NCBI RefSeq assembly: GCF_963921235.1
Contig: NC_086101.1
Location: 11,968,001 to 12,032,000, forward strand
Source of the DNA: Mobula hypostoma
Taxonomy: Eukaryota
Reading direction: 5' to 3'
Length of the DNA: 64,000 nucleotides
The notes beneath the pieces are model-generated. The model was not told the DNA's origin and made no database searches. It saw only the letters and a list, made by a program, of their open reading frames with translations. This document shows, one piece after another, positions 12,727 to 24,860 of the stretch. Every line of letters starts with the position of its first letter. Positions within the stretch are counted from its first letter, which is position 1. The position numbers and the translations under genes are program-made.

Positions 12727-12890
12727 GCACAAGCGCATCTCTGCATGAGTGCAATGATTCAGAATCCAGTTTATCACCACCGAAATACGCTGTGAAATCT
12801 GTGAAAAACTGTTTCCAGCACAACCTGCACAGAAAAGAACACAAATTATACGAAAAAGTACACAATTTGAAGCAAAAAGTCCTTTGTAGG
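12727..12890 (+). CDS. Candidate coding exon of the FAM111-like gene (G-TSASLHECNDSESSLSPPKYAVKSVKNCFQHNLHRKEHKLYEKVHNLKQKVLCR)
   Basis: Unique sequence with an open frame. Acceptor 'gtgtttattgctgtag' ends 12726, donor 'AGG|gtaaag' at 12891. 164 nt, phase 1 to 0, in frame with 1099-1162 upstream and 26214 downstream. Confidence 0.6.
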
Positions 12891-13064
12891 GTAAAGTGGT
12901 CATAGTGTTGTTCTATCGAGGGTTGTTACGGTTGTTTTAAGAAATCAACGTTCTAAGGAAACCCATGCAGTCTCAAAGAGAATGTGCAAGCTTCGACCAG
13001 CAATTTGGAGCAAATACAAACCATGGGAGTGGTGAGGCAACAACCTGCTCATGGGGCATTAGGG

Positions 13065-13272
13065 TAGGGTAGCACTCAGTATAACACTATTACAGCGCCA
13101 ACAACCTGGGTCCTTTTATGACACTAGCTGTAAGGGGGGTGTGCATTTTCCGTGTGACTGTGTGTGTTTCCTCCTGCATTTCAAGGATGTACTGCATGTG
13201 TTAATAGGTTAATGGGGCAGCTTGGACATGTTGGGCCAAAATTGTTAACATGTCACATCTCTAAATAAAAAA
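13065..13272 (+). mobile_element. V-SINE/HE1-like SINE, degraded
   Basis: tRNA-like head 'ggtagcactcagtataacactattacagcgcc', V-domain-like 'gtgactgtgtgtgtttcctcc', tail 'tctctaaataaaaaa'. Confidence 0.55.
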
Positions 13273-14159
13273 AACACAAATGGTTGAAGGGAAATAGCTG
13301 TTCTTGATCCTGGTGATATGGGACTTCAGACTTCTGTACCTCTTGCCTAATGGGAGCTGCGAGAAGATAGCATTAACCGCACGGTGGGGATGTTAAATAT
13401 AGATTTTACTGCCTTGAAGATGATTTGAAATAGCTTGATGGCAAAATTATCAGTGCATTAAGCTCCTTGGTATATGTGGTGTAGTGTATGTAGTTACTCG
13501 TAGGTTGGAGCAGCCTGCCTTGCAGTCTAGATGTAATGAGGACAACAAGAAAAGAAAAACTGAGTCCACATGATATCTTTTTTAGATTGTGAGGACACTC
13601 AGTCCTCGTTTATTGTCATTTAGAAATGCATGCATTAAAAAATGATAGTGTTCCTCCAGAAAGATAACACAGAAACACAGGACAAACCAAGACTAAAACT
13701 GACAAAATCATGTAATTATAACATATAGTTACAACAGTGCAAAGCAATACCATAATTTGATAAAGAGCAGACATATTTAACATAGGAAATGGTAAATGCT
13801 GGAAAGGCTAAGCAGGATTGGAGAAAGGGTTGGCTTTATAGCTGAAGGAGCCTTTGTCAGACATGGGAAAGAATGAAACAAGTTAGTCCAGGTAACAGCA
13901 AAATGATGTAGCTAAGGGAATTTCTCAGACAGAGTGAGGATTAATTACAGGTGGCACTAAGTTAAGCCGCTGTGGCTGTGTACTTTGTTGCTGATATAGT
14001 TTTTGGGATATATCCAGCAAGCCAGGGTATACCACAGAGAGGAAGAGGGAAATGGACAGCAGGCAGAAATTATTCTTGTGTAGAATAAGATTAAATTACC
14101 TTTAACCTTCTACCTTCCTGCATCTGGTGTTCGAAATATTCTTTCCAGGTTTACATAAA

Positions 14160-14695
14160 ATATACAGCACAATACAGCCCCTTCGGCCCATGATGTTGTG
14201 CCAACCTTCTAACCTACTTCAAGATCAATCTAATGCTTCCTTCCCACATAGCCCTCCATTTTTCTTTCTTTTCTGTGCCTAAGAGTCTGTTAAATGTCCC
14301 TAATGTATCTGCCTCTACCATCACCTCATCTGTGTGTTCCATGCACCCACCCATCTCTGTGTAAAAGGGAAAAAAAAATTACCTGCAATATTCCCCCCCC
14401 CCCCCATTCTTTCTTCCAGTCACTTTTAAATTATGCAATTATGCCTTCTTGTACTAGCCACTTCTGTCCTGAGAAAAGGTCTCTGGTTGTCCACTAGATC
14501 TATGCATCTTAAGTCGTACACCTCTCAAGTCACTTCTCATCCTCCTTAGTTTCAAAGAGAAAAGATAAAGCTTACTCAGCCTTTCCTCATAAGGCATGCT
14601 CTCTAATCCAGGCAGCATCTGGTAAAGCTGCTCTGCACCCGCTCTAAAGCTTCTACATCGTTCCTATAATGAGGCAGCCAGAACTGAACACAATG
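14160..14695 (-). mobile_element. CR1 LINE 3' fragment
   Basis: 'tacagcacaatacagccccttcggccc...ccagaactgaacacaat' is the reverse complement of CR1 ORF2 end and 3'UTR. Confidence 0.7.
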
Positions 14696-15109
14696 AAGCA
14701 GTGATTAACTTGTTTAGTATAGTGCAACTATATTTGCAATGTGCCAGTCTCTCATACTCCCACCTTCCAAAGATGTACTGGTCGGTGGTCAATTAATGAC
14801 AGTAAATTGCCCCTAGTGTAGATGGGCGGTAGGGGAACCATGGGGGAGTTCATGGGCATGTGAGGCAGAATAGGTCCAGCCCTGATGAAGGGTCTTGGCC
14901 TGAAGCATCGACTGTTTATTCCTCTAATCGATGCAGCCTGACCTACTGAGTTCTTCCAGTATTTTGTGTGTGCTGCTCCATAGGTTACAGGGAAATGTGG
15001 GGGAATTTGATTGATGGCATGGCTCTGAGAGCTGCCATTGATTTGATGAGACAAATGGCTGCCTTTTATGTTGTAAGGATAGATGAGATCCCACTCCCTC
15101 AGAGCTGTG

Positions 15110-15712
15110 TGTTTAGCTTCCTGTCGTGTTCCAGGAAGTGCGGAAATGTGAACTGAAGGTGAGCAATGAAACAATTGAACAGGGAGCATGTTCAATCAAT
15201 TACTTAGGGAGCATGATAACGTCTGACAGGGCTGATGTTGAAATGAGGAGGAGGATGGAGATTGCTAAATCCACATTGGAGCGTTTAAACAAGAAACTAA
15301 AGAATAACACAATTTCTATGGGTACAAAACACAGTTGTGCTACGTTCATTCCACACTAACGCATGGAAGCAAATGTCAGACAGTAAGTATCAAAGCAAAA
15401 TGAGAGAAGACTCGAAGCTGCAGAAATGTCATTTTTGAGAAGAATAATGAAGGACGGAGTAACAAATGAAGCTGGAATAAGGAAAGTTACATCATCAATC
15501 AGGAAACGGCAGTTGGAATTTCTGGGCCATGTACTGAGGAAAGAGAAACTCAAACATTTTGCAGTGATGGGAAAGATTGATAGAAGAAGAAGTTGCAGTT
15601 GACGGCGCATGGACAGTCTAAAGTTTTGAATAGCTTATTAGAACTTTTCAGATTAAGGACAGATGGCTGACGGTGATCGCCTGCATCATATGACGCAACC
15701 CACAATGCTGAC
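15110..15712 (+). mobile_element. RTE-clade LINE 3' fragment
   Basis: Peptides 'KVSNETIEQ...INYLGSMITSDRADVEMRRRMEIAK' and 'RLEAAEM', typical of the RTE RT C-terminus. Confidence 0.65.
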
Positions 15713-16419
15713 AATGAGTGTTCCAGTGAAGCTTCAAATAAGTGGGAGAACAGCACCTTCTCTTCCCAGCTGTTGGATTCTGATACATTTGAGATCCAGA
15801 GGTTTGGAATTCTGGAATGAGGCATAACATTTGTTGCTTATAGCTGTCATATTAAGGGTTACAAAAGCAAGAACAAAGAAGCAATGGTTGTCTCATACAG
15901 AAAAAACAACTCACACTAAAATGATAACAATTACCCTATAAAAATAGCGAGATTCAAGTTTTCAAGTGCTATAGAAAAACTAAGAACTTTCTAGAAAACT
16001 ACAGAATCAGCTGTACAACTACTGGAAAAATAACTGAACAATTGTGTGTGTATATAGATGATTATATAAAAATGCAAGGATAGGAAAGATTAAGCTACAA
16101 TAAAAATAACAATTTTATATCCTAATAAAACACTGGCAAGTCACAGCCTTTTACACTCGAAGGTGATATCAAGAGTTTTCAGATAACTAGCCATTCCAGT
16201 ATTTCATTTACAGTATTAGTTTTTTAGTTTCCTCCATCTCTTAAATTCTATAATTGGCCTCAGTGCATTTCTGTTGCTGTTTGGGTGTTGTGTCTGTGGG
16301 GCTGGGGGCAGAGTGCTGGTGGGAATTCAAATTTTACCCATGTTATTGACCTTGCTGGAAATGCACACATGTGGAATTTTGTCCAAGGCAGGGTCTAGAT
16401 TTGATTTAGACACTCTTTT

Positions 16420-17062
16420 CACAAGATCACAAGACAAAGGAGCAGAAGTAGGCCATTCGGCCCATCGAGTCTGCTCCGCCACTCCCCCATGAGCTAATCT
16501 ATTCTCCCATCTAGTTCCAATTTCCAGTTTTATCCCCATATCCCTTGATACCCTGACTAATTAGATACCTATCAATCTCCTTAAACACTGTCAATGATTG
16601 GGCATCCACAGCTGTATGTGGCAACGAATTCCATAAATCCATGACCCTCTGGCTAAAACAATTTCTCCTCATCTCTGTTTTAAATGGGTACCCTTTAATT
16701 CTAAGACTGTGGCCTCTTGTCCTGGGCTCACCCACCAAGGGAAACAACCTTTCCACATCTACTCTGTCCAACCCTTTCAACATTCGAAATGTTTCTATGA
16801 GATCCCCTCTCATTCTTCTATACTCTAATGAATACAGTCCAAGAGCTGACAAATGCTCCTCATATGTTAGCCCCTGCATTCCAGGAATCATCCTCGTAAA
16901 TCTCTGAACTGTCATCAACATCAGAACATCCCTTCTAAGATAGGGCGCCCAAAACTGCACCAAATGAGGTCTCACCAGTGCCCCATAGAGCCTTATCAAC
17001 ACCTCCTTACTCTTACACACTATTCCTCTTGAAATTAATGCCAATATAGCATTTGCTTTCTT
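16420..17062 (-). mobile_element. CR1 LINE 3' fragment
   Basis: ORF 16511-17044 (LYGALVRPHL...RRMRGDLIETF...RTRGHSL); (ACAAGATC) tail at 16421. Confidence 0.9.
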
Positions 17063-17220
17063 GAAGTGGAAACATCAATGCCCAGGAACTGAGAAGTTTA
17101 ACAGAAAAAGTGGTGGATACAGCACAGTCCGTCACAGACAAAGTCCTCCCCATCACTGAGCACATCTACAAGGAATGCTGCCACAAAAAAGCATCTTTCA
17201 TCAAAGATCCTCACCATCAT

Positions 17221-19838
17221 GAATTGATTATGGGGAGCAAGGACATGGCAGACCTATTGAATAATTACTTTGGTTCTGTCTTCACTAAGGAGGACATAAA
17301 TAATCTTCCAGAAATAGTAGGGGACAGAGGGTCCAGTGAGATGGAGGAACTGAGCGAAATACATGTTAGTAGGGAAGTGGTGTTAGGTAAATTGAAGGGA
17401 TTGAAGGCAGATAAATCCCCAGGGCCAGATGGTCTGCATCCTAGAGTGCTTAAGGAGGTAGCCCAAGAAATAGTGAATGCATTAGTGATAATTTTTCAAA
17501 ACTCGTTAGATTCTGGACTAGTTCCTGAGGATTGGAGGGTGGCTAATGTAACTCCACTTTTTAAAAAAGGAGGGAGAGAGAAACCGGGGAATTACAGACC
17601 GGTTAGCCTAACGTCGGTGGTGGGGAAACTGCTGGAGTCAGTTATCAAAGATCATAGGTTGGGTGAGTGGGCAAACTCATGGCAGATGCAATTTAATGTG
17701 GATAAATGTGAAGTTATCCACTTTGGTGGCAAAAATAGGAAAACAGATTATTATCTGAATGGTGGCCGATTAGGAAAAGGGGAGGTGCAACGAGACCTGG
17801 GTGTCATTATACACCAGTCATTGAAAGTGGGCATGCAGGTACAGCAGGCGGTGAAAAAGGCGAACGGTATGCTGGCATTTATAGCGAGAGGATTCGAGTA
17901 CAGGAGCAGGGAGGTACTACTGCAGTTGTACAAGGCCTTGGTGAGACCACACCTGGAGTATTGTGTGCAGTTTTGGTCCCCTAATCTGAGGAAAGACATC
18001 TTTGCCATAGAGGGAGTACAAAGAAGGTTCACCAGATTGATTCCTGGGATGGCAGGTCTTTCATATGAAGAAAGACTGGATGAACTGGGCTTGTACTCGT
18101 TGGAATTTAGAAGATTGAGGGGGGATCTGATTGAAACGTATAAGATCCTAAAGGGATTGGACAGGCTAGATGCAGGAAGATTGTTCCCGATGTTGGGGAG
18201 GTCTAGAACGAGGGGTCACAGTTTGAGGATAGAGGGGAAGCCTTTTAGGACCGAGGTTAGGAAAAACTTCTTCACACAGAGAGTGGTGAATCTGTGGAAT
18301 TCTCTGCCACAGCAAACTGTTGAGGCCAGTTCATTAGCTATGTTTAAAAGGAAGTTAGATATGGCCCTTGTGGCTACAGGGGTCAGGGGGTATGGAGGGA
18401 AGGCTGGGTTCTGAGTTGGATGATCAGCCATGATCATAATAAATGGCGGTGCAGGCTCGAAGGGCCGAATGGCCTACTCCTGCACCTATTTTCTATGTTT
18501 CTATGTGATAACAGCACATTTGGAAAGCGGTGAAATCATCGGACAAAGTCAGCATGGATTTGTGAAAGGAAAATCATGTCTGACGAATCTCATAGAATTT
18601 TTTGAGGATGTAACTAGTAGAGTGGATAGGGGAGAACCAGTGGATGTGGTATATTTGGATTTTCAAAAGGCTTTTGACAAGGTCCCACACAGGAGATTAG
18701 TGTGCAAACTTAAAGCACACGGTATTGGGGGTAAGGTATTGGTGTGGTTGGAGAATTGGTTGGCAGACAGGAAGCAAAGAGTGGGAATAAACGGGACCTT
18801 TTCAGAATGGCAGGCGGTGACTAGTGGGGTACTGCAAGGCTCAGTGCTGGGACCCCAGTTGTTTACAATATATATTAATGACTTGGATGAGGGAATTAAA
18901 TGCTGCATCTCCAAGTTTGCGGATGACACGAAGCTGGGTGGCAGTGTTAGCTGTGAGGAGGATGCTAAGAGGATGCAGGGTGACTTGGATAGGTTGGGTG
19001 AGTGGGCAAATTCATGGCAGATGCAATTTAATGTGGATAAATGTGAAGTTATCCACTTTGGTGGCAAAAATAGGAAAACAGATCATTATCTGAATGGTGG
19101 CCGATTAGGAAAAGGGGAGGTGCAACGAGACCTGGGTGTCATTATACACCAGTCATTGAAAGTGGGCATACAGGTACAGCAGGCGGTGAAAAAGGTGAAT
19201 GGTATGCTGGCATTTATAACGAGAGGATTCGAGTACAGGAGCAGGGAGGTACTACTGCAGTTGTACAAGGCCTTGGTGAGACCACACCTGGAGTATTGTG
19301 TGCAGTTTTGGTCCCCTAATCTGAGGAAATACATCCTTGCCATAGAGGGAGTACAAAGAAGGTTCACCAGATTGATTCCTGGGATGGCAGGACTTTCATA
19401 TGATGAAAGACTGGATGAACTAGGCTTATACTTGTTAGAATTTAGAAGATTGAGGGGGGATCTGATTGAAACATATAAAATCCTAAAGGGATTGGACAGG
19501 CTAGATGCAGGAAGATTGTTCTCGATGTTGGGGAAGTCCAGAACGAGGGGTCACAGTTTGAGGATAAAGGGGAAGCCTTTTAGGACCGAGATTAGGAAAA
19601 ACTTCTTCACACGGAGAGTGGTGAATCTGTGGAATTCTCTGCCACAGGAAACAGTTGAGGCCAGTTCATTGGCTATATTTAAAAGGGAGTTAGATATGGC
19701 CCTTGTGGCTACGGGGGTCAGAGGGTATGGAGGGAAGGCTGGGGCGGGGTTCTGAGTTGGATGATCAGCCGTGATCATAATAAATGGCGGTGCAGGCTCG
19801 AAGGGCCGAATGGCCTACTCCTGCATCTATTTTCTATG
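17221..19838 (+). mobile_element. Young CR1 LINE, 5'-truncated ORF2 (RT), interrupted at ~17652 by a second CR1 piece
   Basis: KSPGPDGLHPRVLKE, NYRPVSLTS, QHGFVKGKSCLTNL, YLDFQKAFDKV, GVLQGSVLGP, KFADDTK. No stops within either segment; 3'UTR and tail intact. Confidence 0.95.
17654..18505 (+). mobile_element. CR1 3' fragment (~850 bp) nested in the CR1 above
   Basis: Splits host 'gttatcaaagat|gtgataacagcacat'. Ends with its own 3'UTR and (TTTCTATG) tail. Differs from 18990-19838 at many positions. Confidence 0.9.
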
Positions 19839-20834
19839 CACAGGATGTACAGAAGCCTTGGGTCCCACACTGCCAGGTTTAGGAACAGTTATTACCCTCC
19901 AGCCATCTGGCTCCTAAACTGGAGTGGCTAATTTCAGTCAGCGCTACTCTGAACTGATTCTCTACAGACTCAACTTTCAAGGCCTTTACAACTCATGTTG
20001 TCAGTATTATTTTATATGCACAGTTTGTCATCTTCTGCATATTGGTTATTTATCAGTGTTGGTTTATGCATAGTTTTTTTTGGTAAGTTTGTTTGTATTT
20101 CTTTATTTTTCTGTAAATACCAGAAGTAAATGAATTTCAAGGTAAACATGAGGTAACATATGAACTTTGATAATAAATTTTACTTTGACCATAACTCTGA
20201 CAGTAGAAACTGAGTGGATTATGAGAAGAGAGAAAAGAAATTCTGTACATGTTTCGGAAAGAGAAAGCCTTAAGATTTTTACTGTCTTCTGCTGAGAAGT
20301 GTGAACATCAAATAGCAACGTGGATGGGGACTGCATGTTTAGACTCTTGCATACTGATCACTTCAGTTGTCTTGCAACATGGTGTACGTGAAAGTAATAC
20401 TAGCAGTTGAAATATTTTCAGATGCAGGCAGAGAATCAACAGGGCAAATGCTTCATCCTGTCATTTGGTTTCTTGAAGTCACACAAAATGTTTTGGTCTC
20501 ATTAACAGATAATTGTGTTTAACTTCTGGAACAAATTACTCAACTTAAGTGGCTCAGTGAAAAACAATTCTAATCACTTTCCCACAGATTATTCATATTT
20601 TTAGTTATTTCCATCATTTCAATTTGGTTATTTCAATTTAGTTTTAACTATCTTACATTTATCTTTCAGATTCGAATTGCCTAATCCGAACTGCTGAAGA
20701 ACATTACCAGGATTGTCAGGTATAGCTGATCGTGTGTCTGTTGTAGAAAATTGGTGTTCTTGCATCAAATTATCAGGGATTGCACTGAAAATAATTGAAG
20801 TTACATTCCCATGCAATAAAGTTCAAAATAAATT

Positions 20835-23800
20835 TCGAATCAGAATCAAGTTTAATTTCACTAGCATTTGCCGTTCAGAAATTGGATGGCAATGGAAAAG
20901 AAGCTGTTCCTGAATCGCTGAGTGTGGGCCTTCAGACTTCTGTGCCTCCTTCCTGATGGTAGCAGTGAGAAGAAGGCATGAACTGGGTGGTGGGGGTCCT
21001 TAATGATAGATGCTACCTTTCCGAAGCACTGCTCCTTGAAGATGTTTTGGATACTACGGAGGCTAGTACTCATGATGGAGCTGATTAATTTTACAACTCT
21101 CTGCAGCTTACTTCGATCCTGAGCAGTAGCTCCCCACAGTGAAGCAGGCAGTCAGAATACTCTCCATGTTACATCTGTAGGAATTTTTGAATATTTTCAG
21201 GTGATATTCCAAATCTCTTCAAACTCCTAATGAAATATAGCTGCTGTCTTGCCTTGTAGCTGCTTCAGCTTGCTGGGACCAGGTTAGGTCCTCAGAGCCA
21301 GGAACTTGAAATTGCTCACTTCTGATCCCTCTAAGGATTGGTGTGTTTTCTTGTTTTGCCCTTTCTGAAGTCCACAATCAGCTCTTGGGTCTTACTGACA
21401 CTGAGTGAAAGGTTGTTGCTGCGACACCACTGAACTAGCTGGTATATCTCATTCCTGTATGCCCTCTCATCACCATCTGAGATTCTGCCGAGAATGGTTT
21501 TATCATCAGCAGATTTATAGAAGGCATTTGGGCTGTGCCTAGCCACACAGACATGGGTATAGAGACAGTAGAGAGAGTGGGCTAAGCACACACCCCTGAG
21601 CGTCAGTGTTGATTGTCAGTGAGGTGGAGATGTTATTTTATTTCTAAAGTACATGTATGTCACCATATACAAACCTGAGACTCATTTTCTGTAAACCCAA
21701 TAGAATCAATGCAAAAGACAACAAACTGTAAATACAAAAAGAAAGAAAAGAAATATTAATAAATAAGCAAAAATATCAAGGACGTGAGACGAATATCCTT
21801 GAAAGTAAGTCCATAGGTTGTGCGAATAGTTCAGTAACGGGACAAGTGAAATTATCCCACTGTTCAGGAGCCTGATAGTTGAGGAATAATAACTTCTCCA
21901 GAACCTGGTGGTGTGGGTCCTGACACTCCTCTAACACTTTCCTGATGGCAGCAATGAGAAGAGGGCATGACCTGATAATGCTTGCTACTTTCCTGCAACA
22001 ACACTCCATTGTAGATGTGCTCAATTGTGGGGAGTGCTTTACCCATGATGGGTTAGGCTGTGTCCACCATAGGAAGGATTTTCCGTTCAAAGGTATTGGT
22101 GTTTCCATACCAGTCTGTGATGCAGCTAGTCAATATACTCTTCCACTACCATCTGTAGAAGTTTATCATATATTTAGATATCATGGTGGTTCTTCATAAA
22201 CTTTTATGGAAGTAGTGGTGATGCTGTGCTTTCTTCATAATTGCACTTGCGTGCTGGGCCCAGGATAGGTCCTCTGAAACGATAACGCCGAGGATTTTAA
22301 AGTTGCTGACTGACTCTACCTCCACCCCCATGAGGACTGGCTCATGGACTCTGATTTCCTCCTCCTGAAGTTGATAATCAGCTCCTTGCTTACATTGAGT
22401 GAGATGTGGTTGTTGGGGTACCATTTAGCCAGATTTTTACTCTCCCTCGGATATGTTGATTCATCACCACCTTTGATTTGGCCAACAATAGTGGTGTTGT
22501 CATCTAATTTTAAAATGGCAGTGGAGCTGTGCTTGCCCTCATAGTTATGGGTGTAAAGGGAGTAAAACTGGGGGTTAAGCATACAGCCTTGTGTACCTGT
22601 GCTGATGGAGACTGTGGAGGAAATGTTGCTAATCTGAACTGACTGGGGTCTGCAAGTGTGAAAATCAAGGATCCAATTGCACAAGGAGGTATTGAGGCCA
22701 AGGTCTTGAAGCTTATTGATTAGCTTTGAGAGAATGATAGCATTGAATGCCGAGCTGTTGTCAATAAAGAGCATTCTGATGTGTGCACCTTTGCTGTCCA
22801 GATGTTCCAGGGTTGAGTGAAGAGCCAATGAAATGGCATCTGCTGTGGGTCTGTTGTGCTGGCAGACAAACTGGAGCGGATCCAAGTCACTTCTCTGATT
22901 CATCACCAATCTCTCAAAACAGTTCATCACTGTGGATGTAAGTGCTACTGGGCGATACGTTCTTCTTGGGCACCAGTACTTGAAGCCTACTTGAAGCAGA
23001 TGGGTACCTCATACTGCTGAAGTGAGAGATTAATGATCTCGATGAAAGCTCCAGCCAGCTGATCAGCACAGGTCTTAAGTACTCAGCCAGGGACCTCATC
23101 TGGGCCAGTTGCTTTCAAGTGGGTTCACCCTCCTGAAGGATGCTCTCACGTCAGCCTCAGAGACTAAAATCGCAGGATCATTTGGGGCTGAGGGAGTTTG
23201 TAATGGTTGCTCCATGTTTTGATGGTCATTGAGCTCATCTGGAAGCGAAGCCCTGTTGTCTCCTATGTTACTTGATTTCACTTTGTAAGATGTGATAACT
23301 TTCAAGCCCGGTCACACCTGTCAAGCATCCTTTGATTCAAGTTTGGTCCAGAATTGCTACTTCGCCTGTGAGATGGCTTTCTCGTAATTTTCTTGGTTGC
23401 CAGACTTGAATGCCTCTGTTCTGGCCCTCAGCAGATCGCAAATTTCTTGGTTCAGCCAGGGCTTCTAGTTGGGGAAGGCTCTGAATTATCTTGTGGGGCA
23501 CCTTGGTCTGTGACTGTTTTCATGAAGTCTGTGACCATCGTAGTGTATTCATTCAGATCCACAGATGAGTTCTTGAACACGGCACAGTCCATTAACTGGA
23601 AGCAATCTCGTAGCCCCTCTTCTACCTCCCATGACCGCCTCTTTATTGTGCTAATCTCCGGAGCCTTTCTCTTCAGCCTCAGCCGTATGCAGGTACGAGA
23701 AGGACAGCCTAGTGATAAGATTTCCTGAATTGTCATGTGGGCATAGAATTGTAGGCATTCCTTGTCTTAGTATAGCAGTGATCTACTGTGTTGGGACCTC

Positions 23801-24860
23801 TAGTGCTACAGGTTATATGCTGTTTGTAATTGAGCAGAGACTTCTTCAAACAAGCCTGATTGAAATCCCGGGCTACGATATGAAATACATCTGGGTGGAC
23901 TATTTCTTGTGTGCTGACAGGATCATGCAGCTATATAGGACCCTGGTCAGACTCCACTTGAGATACCGTGCTCGATTTTGGTCACCTCACTACAGGAAGG
24001 ATGTGGAAACTATAGAAAGAGTGCAGAGGAGATATACCAGGATGTTGCCTGGATTGGCGAGTGTGCCTTATGAGAGTAGGTTGAATGAACTTGGCCCTTT
24101 CTCCTTGGAACGACGGAGGATGAGGGGTGACCTGTTAGAGGTGTATAAGATGATGAGAGGTATTAATTACGTGGATAGTCAGAGGATTTCTCCCAGGGCT
24201 GAAATGACTAACAGGAGGACACAGTTTTAAGGTGCTTTGAAAGAGGTACAGAGGAGATGTCAGGGGTAAGTTTTTTACGCAGAGAGTGGTGAGTGCATGG
24301 AATTGGCTGAGGCGGATACAATAGGGTCTTTTAAGAGACTCCAGGATAGGTACATGGAGCTTAAAAAAAGAGGGCTATGGGTAACCTTAGGTAATTTCTA
24401 AAGTATGCACATATTCAGCACAGCATTGTGGGCTGAAGGGCCTGTATTCTGTAGGGTTTTCTATGTTTCTATCTCAGTTGCTTAATTATAGTTGGCTGTG
24501 ATGGTATTGAAACTGTGGTCAGGATGATGGAGTAATCTTGTGATAAATAGAACAATTGGGTTTGATTGTTAGACATTTAAGGTCAGGAGATCGTGAGTGT
24601 GACAAGGCCAACACTATGGAGCACCGCAGAGAGTTTATCATGAAATGCACACCTCCACGTTTTGTCTTCTCCAAATCAGCAGTTTGGTCCATCCTGTGCA
24701 TTGAGGAGCCTTTGGATCTGATTGCGGTATTTGGCATGCTCTGAGTAAGCCACATCTCGGTAAAACACAGAAAATAACTATTTTTAATTTCCCTTTGATA
24801 CAGCAACCTTGCCCTCAGGTTCTCAATTTTGTTCTCCAGTCACTACACGTTTGCTAACAA
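20835..24860 (-). mobile_element. Cluster of Rex1/Babar-like LINE fragments (two elements: ~20835-21640 and ~21640-24860)
   Basis: Minus-strand RT motifs ([47 protein letters not shown]) and endonuclease motif (LCFTEMWL). Confidence 0.8.
23917..24472 (+). mobile_element. CR1 3' fragment nested in the Rex1-like LINE
   Basis: QLYRTLVRLHL...RRRMRGDLLEVYK; tail 'tttctatgtttctat'. Confidence 0.85.

Larger units (their letters stand above)
17062..20190 (+). mobile_element. Rex1/Babar-like LINE 3' fragment hosting nested CR1 insertions
   Basis: 'KVVDTAQSVT...IKDPHH' up to ~17220, resuming at ~19839 ('gtacagaagccttgggtcccacac') and ending in the tail 'ataataaattttactttga'. Confidence 0.75.

Noticed and set aside
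17110..19755. 434-aa and 441-aa ORFs as host genes or an active retroelement
   Set aside because: Chimeric read-throughs of nested Rex1/CR1 fragments; no ORF1 or endonuclease, and ORF2 is interrupted upstream of the RT core.
17654..19838. Repeated CR1 3' end as an assembly duplication
   Set aside because: The copies differ at many positions and by a 6-bp indel near the stop codon.
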